DNA of 64,000 nt from Raillietiella orientalis (Eukaryota). Positions 13,801 through 26,020 of the stretch are shown piece after piece (the first letter of the stretch is position 1; each line of letters opens with the position of its first letter). The position numbers and the translations under genes are program-made. The notes beneath the pieces are model-generated. The model did not search any database. It worked only from the letters and a program-made list of their open reading frames with translations, and was not told the origin of the DNA. Location of the stretch: assembly GCA_036172245.1 (NCBI GenBank), contig JAYWIR010000022.1, positions 2,604,001 to 2,668,000 of the forward strand, in the 5' to 3' direction.

Positions 13801-15432
13801 CGGAAACCGTCCCGAGCTCTCTGCGCTTCCACGGAGGGCACGGCATCGGCAGGCAGGATGGGCTGCCATCTAACGGAACGGCGGGGAACTTTAGCACACG
13901 GCAAAACCTAAACCGTGAATTCAAGAGCCAAGTGCTGCACAGGGCTCGAAGCAACGCACGCATATTGCAGAAGGAAGGAGGGGGAGGAAGCGTTTCAGTT
14001 TCCTCGGAGACACCACCACAAAAGCTTGACTCGTCTTGGATAAAAGCGCCTAGGGAAACATACGAAACCGACGATGCGTCCAGTTTTCCTTTTGTCGAGC
14101 ACCACCTACCGGTGTAGGTGGTGCTCGACAACCACGCTTCCCAGCACGCCTCCGGAGTGCTGGGGAACACCGTGGCTCAAGCACGAGCAAGAAGATTGCG
14201 AGGGAGGAGGGGACGCGATTACCTCCAAGCAGTGCCACCGGGAGCTGCCGGGAGCTCAGCGCAGGCAAAGGGCCCGCGACGCGGTGCCTACACAGATGTT
14301 TGAGGCTATCACTGCACGCAGCATTCCCGCGGATCACACACGGTGCACGTGCGCGCGCACGTGCCTCCACTGGGCGCGTGCGGCCGAGAAGCCAAGCAAA
14401 CAAACGCTGCTTCTTCAGGCCGAATGAGAAACCAACGGCGACGCGCTGGACCAAGGCGCCTGCGGCCATCCAGAAGCGGTACTGCGTAGGTTTGTGTTTC
14501 GCCGGATGCGAAAGCGAGTTCGAGCATCACCTCGAACGGGTTGACACCCGTGTCTGCCTTAAAAATCACATGCAACAGACGTATGGGCGCTCCTGCAAGC
14601 GTCGGTACGCGAAGAACCCATGCGAGGCAATCTGCCCCCCGGGGATCCGAATGCAGATACCGCTGCGACGAGGTAGGGCATACGTCCAAAGGAATCCCTC
14701 TGCGTTTGTCTTCCTCGAAGAGGACTAAGGGATGGGACCGTTCGGAACGTGCGAGGATCGAAAGTGCGAACAAATCGAAGCGGACCCCCTGAAGATCAGG
14801 GAGGGAAACTCCGGACACCTCCAAACTTGGGAAGTCCCGTTTCGGAGAGAGGCCCTCAAATGAAGGGGGGAGCCCTTCTCTCGAACGAAAGTGGATGGGC
14901 GCGCGTTGAGGTTCGCTCGCCGTCTCGATCCGAGAAGCCCAGGCGACGGACGACGGACCGTCCACGTGCCTTCACGTGAGGCGCCCACGACTGTGCTGGT
15001 GCGCGCGGAGAGGTACGTGCCTACCCCCCCCCCCCCTGGCACACGCGCAGCCAAGGCGCCGTTCCCCGTGCGCCGTCAACCTGGCTCCGCTGCAGCGTAC
15101 GAAGGCGCGTACGCACGCGACACTCGCGGACCAGGCGGCAGCTCGGCAGGACGACGCCGTCTCAACCTTCGCTTCGGACGGCGATGGCCGCCGCGGCGCC
15201 GCTTCCAGAGCTCGACACAGGTGGCACTGCACGATCACGAAGTCTTCTCCTCTCAGCGTACAAAGGCGGGCACAGGGGGCGATAAGGGGGGGGGGAGGGG
15301 CGCACGGGGTGTACTGACGCGCTCTTTACTAAACACGAGCTCGCGGACGAGACGACTACTACCTCTACCATTAATAACCAGATACTGTTGCAAGCCACTT
15401 TTTTATTCTCTCGCTTGTAAATAAATTATACA
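10900..15432 (+). mobile_element. Degenerate BEL/Pao LTR retrotransposon: gag, protease, integrase, probable PPT and 3' LTR remnant; RT/RNase H not seen
   Basis: Gag: LPIPT..., KGNLLSCLEG and WEAPREIL, with Cys/His knuckle remnants at 12520-12780. Integrase: VGLCFAG, LRRGR..QRNPSAF, PPEDQGG, RVEVRSPSR and C-terminal DGDGRRG...ITKSSPL. A purine run (15284-15300) is followed by TGTA...AATAAA...TACA (15310-15432). Confidence 0.6.
11105..12174 (+). repeat. 1070-bp direct repeat, copy 1
   Basis: Matches 18190-19259 at a constant offset of 7085. Only two substitutions were seen by eye (11187/18272 and 11380/18465). Confidence 0.95.
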
Positions 15433-16339
15433 ACTATCAAAGATCTTCCCGTGAGGGAGATGATTAACAGCTATCAGGCACCCGTTTCGTGATCATCTTA
15501 TTCATTAATTTTCAGGAGCTTCGCGGCAAAACACAAGTTCTTTTCTGCTTTCCTAAACGTCCTTTAAAGCCGGGATTTTTTTGTTCTTTGTCTTTGAAAG
15601 AAAGAAAAAACACGAGACGTCCGTGCTCTCTGGCTCTTTCGCTTCGTTCTGGCGTTGCCTAGCGTTCGGCTCACAAGTCCTCTTGGTGCTCCTCGTCCCT
15701 CTTCAAAGACAAGGATCACCGGAATGAAGGAGGAAGGCTGCTGAAGAGTAACAAGAAGCCAGCCGAAGGGTTCGGAGCTAGAAGCAAAGGAGATGACCTG
15801 AGGAACGCGTAACGCCCGTGCCCCGAAATCTTCCGCGCGAGGTGCGCGGGGTGGAAGACAACCATCTTCCTACCCAGCCAGAGTCACGGGCACCTCGCTC
15901 CCATGTCTTTCCCTTTTTGGGAGTGGGGAGTGGGGGGACCAGGAATGCTGACTGTTCCGTCGCGCGCAAGCTTGCTGGTGGACGCCAGCAGCGGAACTCC
16001 CGGTGCGTCCCGCACGCGCGCGCACCCGGACGGGAGCGACCTTCCGCGCAAACCCCTGTGAGCAACCACCCTATGGCGAGCCCACGAGAGCGCGCTCTTT
16101 CGCACCGTAGCCTCAGGATCCGCTGGGGCGTCCCCTTCGCCGTTCGCACGCGGTGGCGGCCGGCGGGCCGGACGGGACCGCGGCAGCTGCAGGGAGGCTG
16201 CCGCCTCGCAGTTTCGTCCACGGCCAGGGCCTGGCTGCGCGGAGCGGATGGCTCTGCTTCGAGGTGCTCTTTGCCGCCGCAAAGAGCAGCTCGAAGGGCC
16301 TCCGCCTTTGCCGGCGGGACATCCTGGTCGGGATGACTG

Positions 16340-17900
16340 AAAACCCTTGTGGGGGCTGTTTTTCTGCTTCTGCTTCGCTGCTTTCCTTCCCGCCTTTCTT
16401 TCCCGCCTTTTTTTTTTGTTAAAGGAGGAGGTGGAGGTACGCCAAGTACTCGATTACCGTCCGCCTAGGGGATCACGAAGCTCTTTGATGCTGTTCCACG
16501 CCACCGGAGGATTCGTGTCGACTCTTCAAGTTGGGGAATGACGTGGGTGGGGACCACCGCCCTATGAATCTAGGAAGGGCTCCGAGGGGAGGAGTCCCTT
16601 CTTCTCACGCTCGAGGGGGAACCACGAAGGGAACCGCCTCTGTCTCACTCTCTCCGAAGGGACCCCTCCTTGTTTCCCTCTCTTCTGAAGAGGACCGCTT
16701 CCCAATTTATCCGGAGGGATGAGACTCCACTTGGACCGCGCTGGAGAGAGCGCGAATCAACTACCAACAAGAAGGGGGCGTGGAACTCACGAAGAGATCA
16801 CGGCACGCTTTCCTTAGCGTCCCCCTCCCCTCGATCCCGTACCCGGTTGCCTCGGGAACGAGAAGGGAATTCCGGGAAGTTCTCTCGAGGCAGGATGACA
16901 GCCTCATCCCGCTGGAGGATGCCTTCCGGGATGCGAGGGCGTTTGTGTGCCAACCTGGAAGCTATGGACATTCCCGTGGCACCCTCCCGCCTTTCTCCTG
17001 GAAGATCCAGGAGCGGAACCCGGTTTCACCTAGGCGAGGATGCCACCTTCGTCGAGGAAACCGCCTTCTAGGGACGCTGTCGCTGAGCATTCCCTTGCCG
17101 GAGCGTCCGTCCCTCCGCACGCTTGCGTGGGAGCAAGCGGGCGGGGAGAGGGCAATGCTCCCCTAGAGCCGCGCTTCCCCATTACGTGTGAGAAGATGGA
17201 CAGATCCTCCTCGTGATAATTTTTTCTCCTCCGATGGATCCGCGACCCACGGAAAGACCCGGTTGCGAGGCGGCGCAGGGAAGCGAAGCCGCAGGGCGCA
17301 GTCTCGCCTCGGTTTCCTGCCGGCCGGCCTTCGGCGCGCGAGCCCACTCGCTCCGTTGCCTTGGCGACCGGCGACCGCAAGGGGTAGGTCGCGGAGGGTT
17401 TTCCTCTCCCTGTCCTTCCCTTCCGTCCGCATGCCCCGGGGATGCCGGTCCGTTCGAACCGAGAGAGGCGAAGGATCACCTCCCCTCGGAGGACCCGTCC
17501 TGAGGAACACGCACCAGGGGTCGGGTCGCCTCCATCCATCACCAGGAGCGTCACAGCGTGATCGATTCCGGCGCTCTGGACCTCTCCAGAATCTCTTTCG
17601 CGCCTCCTCTGGTGCGCAGCTTCCGAACCAGAGGAGGGTTCTCGGCGTGGATAAACTCTGACGCCGGATGAAGACAGCGAACCGGCCCAAGCATCCTTGC
17701 GTGCGTTGTCGCAATTTCTCTCCACAGGAAGAGGAATGCGAGTTTTCCGACAACCCCGATCGAGCCTGAGGCCCCAGGAACAGGGTGACGGCTCCCGAGG
17801 GAACCCCATCCGCTTCCGCGATCCCCGACTGCCGCCCTGCCTTCTGGCCGCGCGCGAGGAAAGCGGTCCCCTTTCCCCCGTTCCCCCCATCTGCAGGATC
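16340..17900 (-). mobile_element. Degenerate L1/Tx1-like 5' region (ORF1 end, endonuclease, linker)
   Basis: ~16350-17030 is visibly homologous to ~43200-43800 (tccacgccacc.g.agg..cgtgt.gactcttcaagtt.gggg; ccctatgaatc.aggaagg). VAWNSIKE resembles the post-endonuclease WxxxK linker. Confidence 0.5.
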
Positions 17901-18189
17901 GAAAGATCCCTCCCACGCACCAATCCCCGGACCCCCTCACCGCGCGCGCGCTCGGGAGCAGCTCGCCATCACCACCGGGAGAGCCAATTTCCGGACGTGC
18001 TCTCTCCAGCGTCTAACTCGCCTCGAAGAGAGTAAACGCGCCTTCTCTGCGGCGCTCCCGCTCTGCTGTCGCGCCGCGAGCGCTCAACCGGACACGTGAG
18101 CACCAACCGATCCACGCAGGGGTCTTCCGAGTTCCTGGAAGGTCCTCACCAGCGAACCACCGCGTGAGCTTTCGGCAGCACCGCGCGCG

Positions 18190-19259
18190 CCAGCGGGGAG
18201 GCGCGGCCGATCCAGGACGCGCGCCCGCAACTCTTCCCCGAAGCTGTTCCACCCGCCCGGCACGGACCTGACTCCGTCTGCCTTCGAGACGAGGGACTTC
18301 GACGAGGAAAGGCAGCCTTCGCTCGCCACGGCCACCACCTCCGCTGCCGGGCACGACCCACTACCCATCCCGACGTCGCGGCGGCGGAGGAGAAATCGTT
18401 CACGGCAGGAAGCGTGGCGCCGCCGCCGGGCAAACTCCACGGAGCTTTCGCAGGGAGCGAAATTGGGGAGCACCGAGCAACGCGCAGCCTCTGCTGAAGA
18501 AGAAGTCTTCCTTCCCTGTGCACCCTTCGAGGGGGGGACAAAAGGGAACCTCCTCAGCTGCCTGGAAGGGCAGTCATCGCGCAAACAGGCACGTTGTCTT
18601 CGCTGGTGGGAAGCACCGCGTGAAATCCTCGGAAGGAGTAAGGAACAAAAAAGAGGGAGGGAGGAAGGAGCAAAAAAGGAAGAGGAGGAGGAGGAGGAGG
18701 AAGAAGAAGAAAGGCATGTCTCGAATCTGTTTCAATTCGCCATCAGCAGCTGCGCACCCGCGTCGTCCGGTGATCTGCTCGCTGCTGGCCGCAGAGACTG
18801 CTGACCGTCCTGCCCTCGGCCGCGAGCTCGGAAGCTCCGGCAAACCCCTCAAGGCGGCGAGGCCCGGAGAGGCCCGGAGAGGTCCTGCAGGGGCCAATTC
18901 GCGTGCAGCGCGCCGAAGGTTCCCTTTTTTGTCGCGGGCGAGGCGACGCCTGGGCGGACCCACGACCGTGTGCGCCGAAGAGCTCCTGTCCATCGGGTCG
19001 TGCGCGTCGCCACGTGGTCGCCTCTCTTCGCGCCCGACGCGGCTCGGAAGACATCCAACTGGCCCCCTCCTTTTCAGGAGCCTCCGAAAGCCTCCCGGCA
19101 GAAGGGAACCGGGTGAGAGGGGGGGAGAAGCGGTCGAGGACGCCGTCGGGTCGGCAAAAGAGCTCTCGGGAGTCAAAGAGCCTCCGTCCGAACCGGATGC
19201 CTCGCGGACCTCCTGCGTGCGAACTCTGTCCCCTGGTCCACTCTTTCGGGTTCTCTCGG
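18190..19259 (+). repeat. 1070-bp direct repeat, copy 2
   Basis: Same sequence as 11105-12174. Identical translations appear twice in the ORF track. Confidence 0.95.
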
Positions 19260-19299
19260 CCTACCTCCTCCGTGCTCCTCCCTGGACCCTTTTTTTTGC

Positions 19300-20700
19300 T
19301 CCCTCCCGCTCAGCCGGAGAACGCCTCGCTCTCCGGTGGATTTATGTTTTTTTCGATGGCCACTGTGCTCACGAGGAGCCTCGCCCACCACTGGCTCGGG
19401 GTCGAATGGAGTCCTCCGGTTCGCCGCAACCTTCGTGACGGCCGCGTGACTTCTCGGACCTCTGTCCGCAGATGTGCCGCATGCGACGTCCTGCTCCTGC
19501 CGCATGCCCTCTACCTCTTTCCCGCCACTCGGTGCTCGAGGCTCCTGCCGCTTGCCGGAGGAAACCGGGCCGGGTCGAGTCACTAGCCCCTTCGATGGCG
19601 CCCAGGTCGTCAGGAAGATTTCGGCGTATGGGATGCTTTGCACCTCGTTGCCGCCGCCGTCGCCTCCGAGGGCGCCTTCGTTTGCTGCCGCCCTCCTCCC
19701 CGATCGCCTGGAATGTAACCGACGGCCTTGCGTTCCGTTTCATCCGTGTCCGGAGGCAGGCGGAAAAACCCCTCTTCGGACTCTGTAAGGAACCTCAGCA
19801 TCTCACAGAAAAGGGAAAGTCTTTTTTTCCCCCTCTCTCCCCCTTTTTTTCCTCCCTCCCCTTCCCACCGAACGTCACCTCTTTCGACGCATCGGGTCCG
19901 TTTCTGGCGTCGTCGTGATCGTGCGGATTCCCAGAACTTCGAACGACCGGATCCATGATGGATTTTTAATGACTCCGCGGTCGACGCTTGGAAGCGGCAA
20001 GCGGGCGGCCCAATAAGCAAGCTGCCGCCAAGAGGTTTTCCTTTCTTTCCGCTCTGCTGCCCTCCTGCGCGGTGAAAGGCGGCGAGCAGCGTGGCACGGC
20101 CAGCCTTCTTCGACGCGTGCAGCATTTCCCCCTCCCTCGAGGCCCCCACTGGTGGGGGCAGGCGGACGCCTTTCTCCCCTCCCCCCGTCGCTGTTCCTGC
20201 ATGGACCAGCCGACCTCCCTCACACCTGGAGGATGCGCGAGGAGGAGCTACGAGCTGGAGCCTATCATCTGCCCCTACATGCTGATACAGTCCCGCCGCC
20301 AAGAAGAAGGCATTTCCTCCTCCGATGGCTGCAGCGCACAGCGGGCGCGGCAGGTGGCTTTTACCGAACGAAAAGTCATCTCACGGTGGTGCGCACTCTC
20401 TTTCCCACACGACCCACGCAGCCCCTTAATACGATCAAGTCGACCGCTTATTAGATGGTCGCGGGTTCGCGGGGGAAACCCAGAAAGGGTACCCAACGCG
20501 AGTGGCACGTGCACCACTCTCAGAAGTCGCATCCCGCGACGGCGTGCATCTCTGGAGTGGGACGCAAACATGCGTCCGGACCAGAGATGCAGTTTCCGGA
20601 TCTCCCAGAGCGCAACGGTTCTTGCAAAGGACGGAACAACCATTGCGAAACGATAGCGCCAGTACGAAAAACTAAAAAATATCTTCCTGCTGCAACCTAG
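19300..20700 (+). mobile_element. Degenerate BEL/Pao reverse transcriptase
   Basis: Remnants in order: GRPNKQ (GPxL), RPAFFD (DIxKAFLQ), YELEPIICPYML (FGLxxSPFLL), SLEWDA (LGLxWD) and TIAKR (TKR). Confidence 0.5.
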
Positions 20701-21749
20701 AAACACATCGTCACCGTGCAGGAAAATTAGGCCACTCGCAATCTTTCTTTCCCATAGCGCTCAATTCCATCACTTTTTCGGATGGCTCTCTGCAGAGAAC
20801 AAGACTGGTTCGGGCTGGTCTTCAAGGCACAAAGGCGGGTTCCTCGCTCAGGAAAACTCGGGAGCCGCAGAAGGCAGGCACTGCGGGACCATCGACAAGA
20901 GCTGCACCCGAAGACCAGCCAGAACGCGCTCGCTGCCTGAGGCGACCTGCGTGCGTCGTCATTGCATTGCCCTGCGCACGCGTACCGAGCAACCGAACTA
21001 GGAAGCGCAACCGGGGTCCGAACAGCGGATGCCGTCGGTCGCGCATCAGGGCTGCCAGCTTTGTTTCCCGGTTGCCTGCAGTCAACAGTTGCTCATAGTA
21101 CGTCGGCGCGACCGGCCCGTGAGAGGTCCAGGGTGTGTAGGACACCCGGAGAGATCGTACCCAGACATCTTGATAGCAATCCCTACATTCTGAACCCCCC
21201 TCCCCTGCCTACTGGATACAAAATCCTATTTGCTTGCCCTTTTTCCCCACCGCCTCATGGCTCGATGCACCTTCTCTTGAGGGTGCAAGAAGGCAACAGG
21301 AAAGTTACGCGGGACTTGACGAGCAGGTTGACGGGATTCTCCTTCGCATTAGCTCTCATGATGAAGCGGTCGCCCTCCTCCCCGTTTGGGAAGCGCAGAC
21401 CCATACGCTGATGATGAAAAAGCTTCTCCTCCTCCTTTATTGACGTGACGTACGCTATGGACTGGATATTTCAGATAAGAGGACATGCACCTGGGATGCA
21501 AAAACATCCTGACGCGAAGGATGTTTCTCAGAGGTTTCAGAAAGTCGTTTAAATATCTAGAGCTCGTCTGATTCGCCTTTATGAACTGATTTCCCTGTTT
21601 CATTAGCGGCTGGGGCAATTTCGTGGTCTCGGAATGAGTGCAACGCGATGAAACCAATTATCTCTCGTAGTTAAAAAGGCGCCAGGGATCCTTGCGGATA
21701 AAAAGCCGCGTCAATTAATCACTCGCTCCGTTATCTTTTGCGGACTGCT

Positions 21750-24700
21750 ATTTTGGTTGCAGAATGATTGTTTTCCATCCACCTAAGACCTCTCTTCCAT
21801 CACCGCGCAACCCAAAATGTCGCTCTGCAGCAGCAGCAGCAGCGCCCGATAGGAGACCATCTGATCCGGCACCGGAAGTCTGAGGAAGGAACTTGGACGC
21901 TTGAATTTGCACCGCTTCGGTTCCTTCCGACTCGTTCTCGGGACGCCGTGCGCTGCAATGCTGCCGTTGCGCCTCCACCTTCGGCTCTGCAAATCGACCC
22001 TGCGTCCCATAAGGACGGCAAAACTGACCTCAGCGGCATCCAGTCCGCCGCGGGAGGTGACTATCGAGGTGTCCGTTGGACGATTTTAAAAATCCAGACG
22101 GCAGCAGCTTCGTCTGCGACAAGTGCCTGAGGACGGGTCGGGAACTCAAGCAGAATTCAAGCAGCCCGTACACCGTGCAGGCCGACCAACCGCCTCCGAG
22201 GGTCTCGTGCCCGCAGGCACATCGCACTGGAGTGGAACCGATGGCCACCTTGTCGGTGCACGAGTTGGTGCGCACGGTTTGATTCGGGACGAGCACACGA
22301 GCCTCAAGAACCCCACGTGTTCTCCGTTTGGTGAGAAGGACGGGACCCGGTCCAGCAAACCGGAAGCGTAGCGGCGCGTGCTGCCGAAAGGGGAAACTCC
22401 GTTGGAAGCAGCAGGCAGACGTGATAGACCTGGATTCCATTCTGCTCTTCAGCAGGGGAACGGAAGACCTGCCCCCCTTTTCAAACGACCTGCCTTCCGG
22501 CACGTGTGCAAAGAAAGACAAGACCTGAGGAGTCAAGTTGTGTGCTCTTCGTCTATCAGTCTGCATGGACTACAGCGTCCCTGAGCTTCTTCCGACGAAA
22601 CAACCAGCTAAAGACTGGTTCTTCAGGACAGGATCGGATCCTGAAGAATTAGAATCCCGGGAGAGGAGGCGACGGCATCTGTTTCCAGTTGCGGCTTTCG
22701 TTGACTTCCCGGAAAGGTTCCCTCAGAGTTCGGAGAATCCCCGAGGTTTCGCGCCTGCGGCGGGAGTGCTGAGGGTGCGCAAGTGCCTGGCGTTCAAGCA
22801 GAAACTTTAAATGGAACTGATGAAACCAGCGAAAGAGAACAAGAATCCGATCGACGACGCTGTGTCGGCGGCAACACTTTCTTCGCCTGGATTTCTTTGT
22901 CTGATGAACTGAGTTTTTTTTCTTTTTTTCGTCTTCCGGAAGTACTCGCGCACCAGTTTGGTCGGAGCGGTTGTCGTCTCCAGCGCGCAGCGTGCGCCAA
23001 GGCCATAACAGTTCAAAGAGCTGTTTTCGACACCGCCCGACCAACATTTCCTCGAAAAATTTAACGGTTCCGCGGAGAGCTTTGCCTCTTGGAGAATCAG
23101 CTGCCGGAAAATGGATCTAAATCTACCAGGAGTGCCAAAAGCTGCAAGAAAGGTTTCCTACGTTTGACCTCGAACCCTGATGGAGAGTTTACGAGGAAAT
23201 CCTCATCAAATGCGGCAGCGAAACCGTCGCCCCCTCCTCAGGAACAACAAAAACTGCGTGTCTCCTTCGATCGTGAATCCACGCGAAGCGGCGGAAGACA
23301 CGGCGAAGGCAAAACCTGGCAGGCGGTGGGGAGAGGTCCCGATGCACACTGCTCGAGATGCTCCATGTTTCGCCAACCTGGTTCCCTGGGAGACGCCAGC
23401 GAAAGGGGTGCATGCTTCTCGGGGTGTCTCGCGAAGAGTCCGCCGTTTGATGCGGGGCCGTGCAAGCGCACGGGCGCTCGCTCTCGACCTGACTGAAAGA
23501 CCTGCTCTTCGTCATTCGGTCAGGGAGAGAACCGTCTCGCGAGCCTGGATCCGAGTCGCTTTGCACGAGCAGGCAGACCAAGAAGACTCGGGTGGGCCAA
23601 GCGACAGCACGTGCGCGCGCACAACAAACGTCCACGGGAGAGTGGTCGCGCCGATGCTGACGGAAAAGGAGGGGGGGAGGTGGGGGAAGAGAAAGAGAGA
23701 GAGGGGGAAAAAATGTGGTGTTTAGGATCCGCTCCCACGCGCAACCCCTCGAGACTACAACCAGCCGTGGGCCCGTGCAGCCTTACCGGATGAGCAATCC
23801 CTGCCCTTGCCAACTCAACAGCAACACGTCTTCAGGAGAGTCCGAAATCTCGCGGCAGACCGGGTACTTGGAGAAGACTGAGGAAAACACTGACGTGGAA
23901 CGAGCAACAAGGATACGAGGATCTTCTCGAGGCAGAAGGAACGTCACCGAGCGCGCGTGAGGTGAGGAACGGTGCACCGAACTTGCTGAAGTCTGAAGTC
24001 AACGACGTCCGATCATCTCTGGGTCACGAGACTGGAATGAAATTCCCTACGAAAACGCACGAGAGCACGCGTGCCACTTGGAGCTCTCGGCAGCCGTTCC
24101 CTCGACCCAAGAATCCCTTCCGAAATTCCGTGGTTCTGAAATCCGGAAAGGAAGAACACCGTCCACCGCGGAGATGCTTGCCCCGGGTGCCGCAGCGGAT
24201 CGTTGGTCACATTCAACGCATCCTGTTCGGCGAAACAGAGATCGACCAGGCCTTCGAATGGTCCGAGGACTTCTGAAACTCGGAGTCAACGGACTCGCCT
24301 CGCGTAACCACCGAACGAAGAAGCCTTCTGCTGGCTGGCGATCGTGTCTGCCGGGAGCGAAAAAGGAAGCGAGGGAACCAGAGGGAAAGAGCTTGGCGGG
24401 ATTCCGCGAGATTTCGGGGAACAGATAGCGCGCGGAAAGACGCTGGAAACTGACCAGCAGGGTCGCTCGTGCGGTGCAAGGCAGCTCGGGAGGGGCAGCT
24501 CCCTTCTTGCAGCGCCCTCGCGGGGGGAGCGCAGAAGACCGTTTTCGGCATACGGCAGTCTGGGAAGAACCCGGTGCCGAGGATCTCGGTGCTTCCACCG
24601 CGCGTCCACGCGTGGTCTCCACTCGCATCGACAAGTCACGCACGCACCAAAAGCGAAGCGGCCCCTGGCGAACTGCAGACGGAAAACGCAACGCGCGTGT

Positions 24701-24880
24701 TCGACGCTGTTTTCGATGAAGAACTCTTTTTCCCTTTGCTTTTCGGGAACCTTCCGCAAGGTCCTCGCGCCGAGTTCCCGGAAAAGTCCCTCTGCTCCTC
24801 CGTGAAACGACCGAGAATGTACCAATCACGGTTGTTTTCCAAAGATGCTCTTGGACTTGGTCGCCGCTTCACGGCATGAG
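21750..24880 (-). mobile_element. Degenerate Ty3/Gypsy pol (RT, RNase H, integrase)
   Basis: RT-like GRFAFG/LPYAENGLL (~24660-24530), RNase H-like YGLGARCALETTTAP (~23000), and integrase-like GFLKSSNG (~22090) and LRLPVPDQMVSYR (~21870), in Gypsy domain order. Confidence 0.5.
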
Positions 24881-24899
24881 AGTCTTTAACAGGACGTGC

Positions 24900-25650
24900 T
24901 TTATTGAATTATGGTTCGAGGCAAAACACATACACTCTGGGTAAATGGTGCTGCTTGGGGAAGCTCACGAGGTCCGCAGGTCCGCAAAGCACCTAGAGAA
25001 CGCCCGGAGGAGAAGGGGGGGGGGGGAAAGGAGGAGAGATCGGTGAGGGATGATGATTCTTTTCGCACCTCCCATCTGCATTCAGCTGAAGAGTCGGAAG
25101 CGGCGGGTCGAAACACTGGCAGCGAAGTTTTTTGTCCGGAACAGGGAACGATCGCTGTGATCCTCCCCTCCCCCTTCCCCCCAATCTCTTTTCGAACGCC
25201 TTCTCCTCGGAAAGGTTTCCATTTCTCTTTGGGACCGTCGACTTGAGATCGGCATTTCGTGTGCACGTCGCAGGGGAAGCACCCGGACCGAAGGATTCGC
25301 ACGAAAGGGTTCCAAGAGGGTGCGCCCGCGAATGCAGGGTAAGGAGCACCCTGCCTTCGCGGGCGAGAAGGAGAACTCCCGTGCCACTGCGCCCTTGAGC
25401 TGACCCCCGGCTCCCGGTGGGACGCCCTCAGTCCCCAAGTGGGCGCTCGCAAGTGTTTCTGAACGAGTGAGCTGCCGGCGTTCCCTTCCGATCGCATCTC
25501 TTCGTCTGCCTTGGAGTCGTTTCCGGGCGGTCCGCCGGATTCTAACAGCATGGGTTCGAAGCCCGAAGGCGCGAAAGAACGAAATCCCCCGAAAGGGAAT
25601 CGCCGTTTCCGGCCCGAACCACAGTCCTGCCAAACCCGAACTTTCATATG
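24900..25650 (-). mobile_element. Degenerate L1/Tx1-like RT fragment
   Basis: RRQGAP...LLEPF (~25360-25305) resembles RQGCPLSP..LEP. RNADL sits at the YADD position. Confidence 0.5.
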
Positions 25651-25918
25651 TCATCATTATCATTATCATCATTCGACCTGCAGTTTCAAAAAGACGCGCT
25701 ATACCCGATCGTCTTTTCGGAAGGCCTTACTGACTGTCTGAACTAAAAATAAATAAATAAATAAAAGAACAACCTCGAAGGTTATTTAACCACTTTCTGT
25801 TCCGTCCCCTCGACTCATTGAAAACAAAAAAAGCAAAAGAGGAAGGAAAAAAAAAAAAGGCAGAAATAGATTAGAATCGCAAGAGAGTCTGAGCAGAAAC
25901 AGCAGTTTATTTATCTCC

Positions 25919-25972
25919 AGGGAAAGGGAAAAAGGAAGAGAGAGAGAGAGAGGGGGGGAGGAGAGGGAGAAC

Positions 25973-26012
<40 letters not shown>

Positions 26013-26020
26013 AGAAGAAG
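25919..26020. repeat. Polypurine tract containing (GA)14 at 25981-26008
   Basis: Read directly from the sequence. Confidence 0.95.

Noticed and set aside
14309..14965. Minus-strand Gypsy integrase suggested by TGVNPFEVM
   Set aside because: The plus strand gives a longer ordered series of BEL integrase motifs, continuous with the flanking BEL domains.
11105..19259. The 1070-bp direct repeats as an LTR pair
   Set aside because: There are no TG..CA ends, PBS or target-site duplication. The repeat is gag-derived, and near-identical LTRs do not fit a heavily decayed mixed interior.
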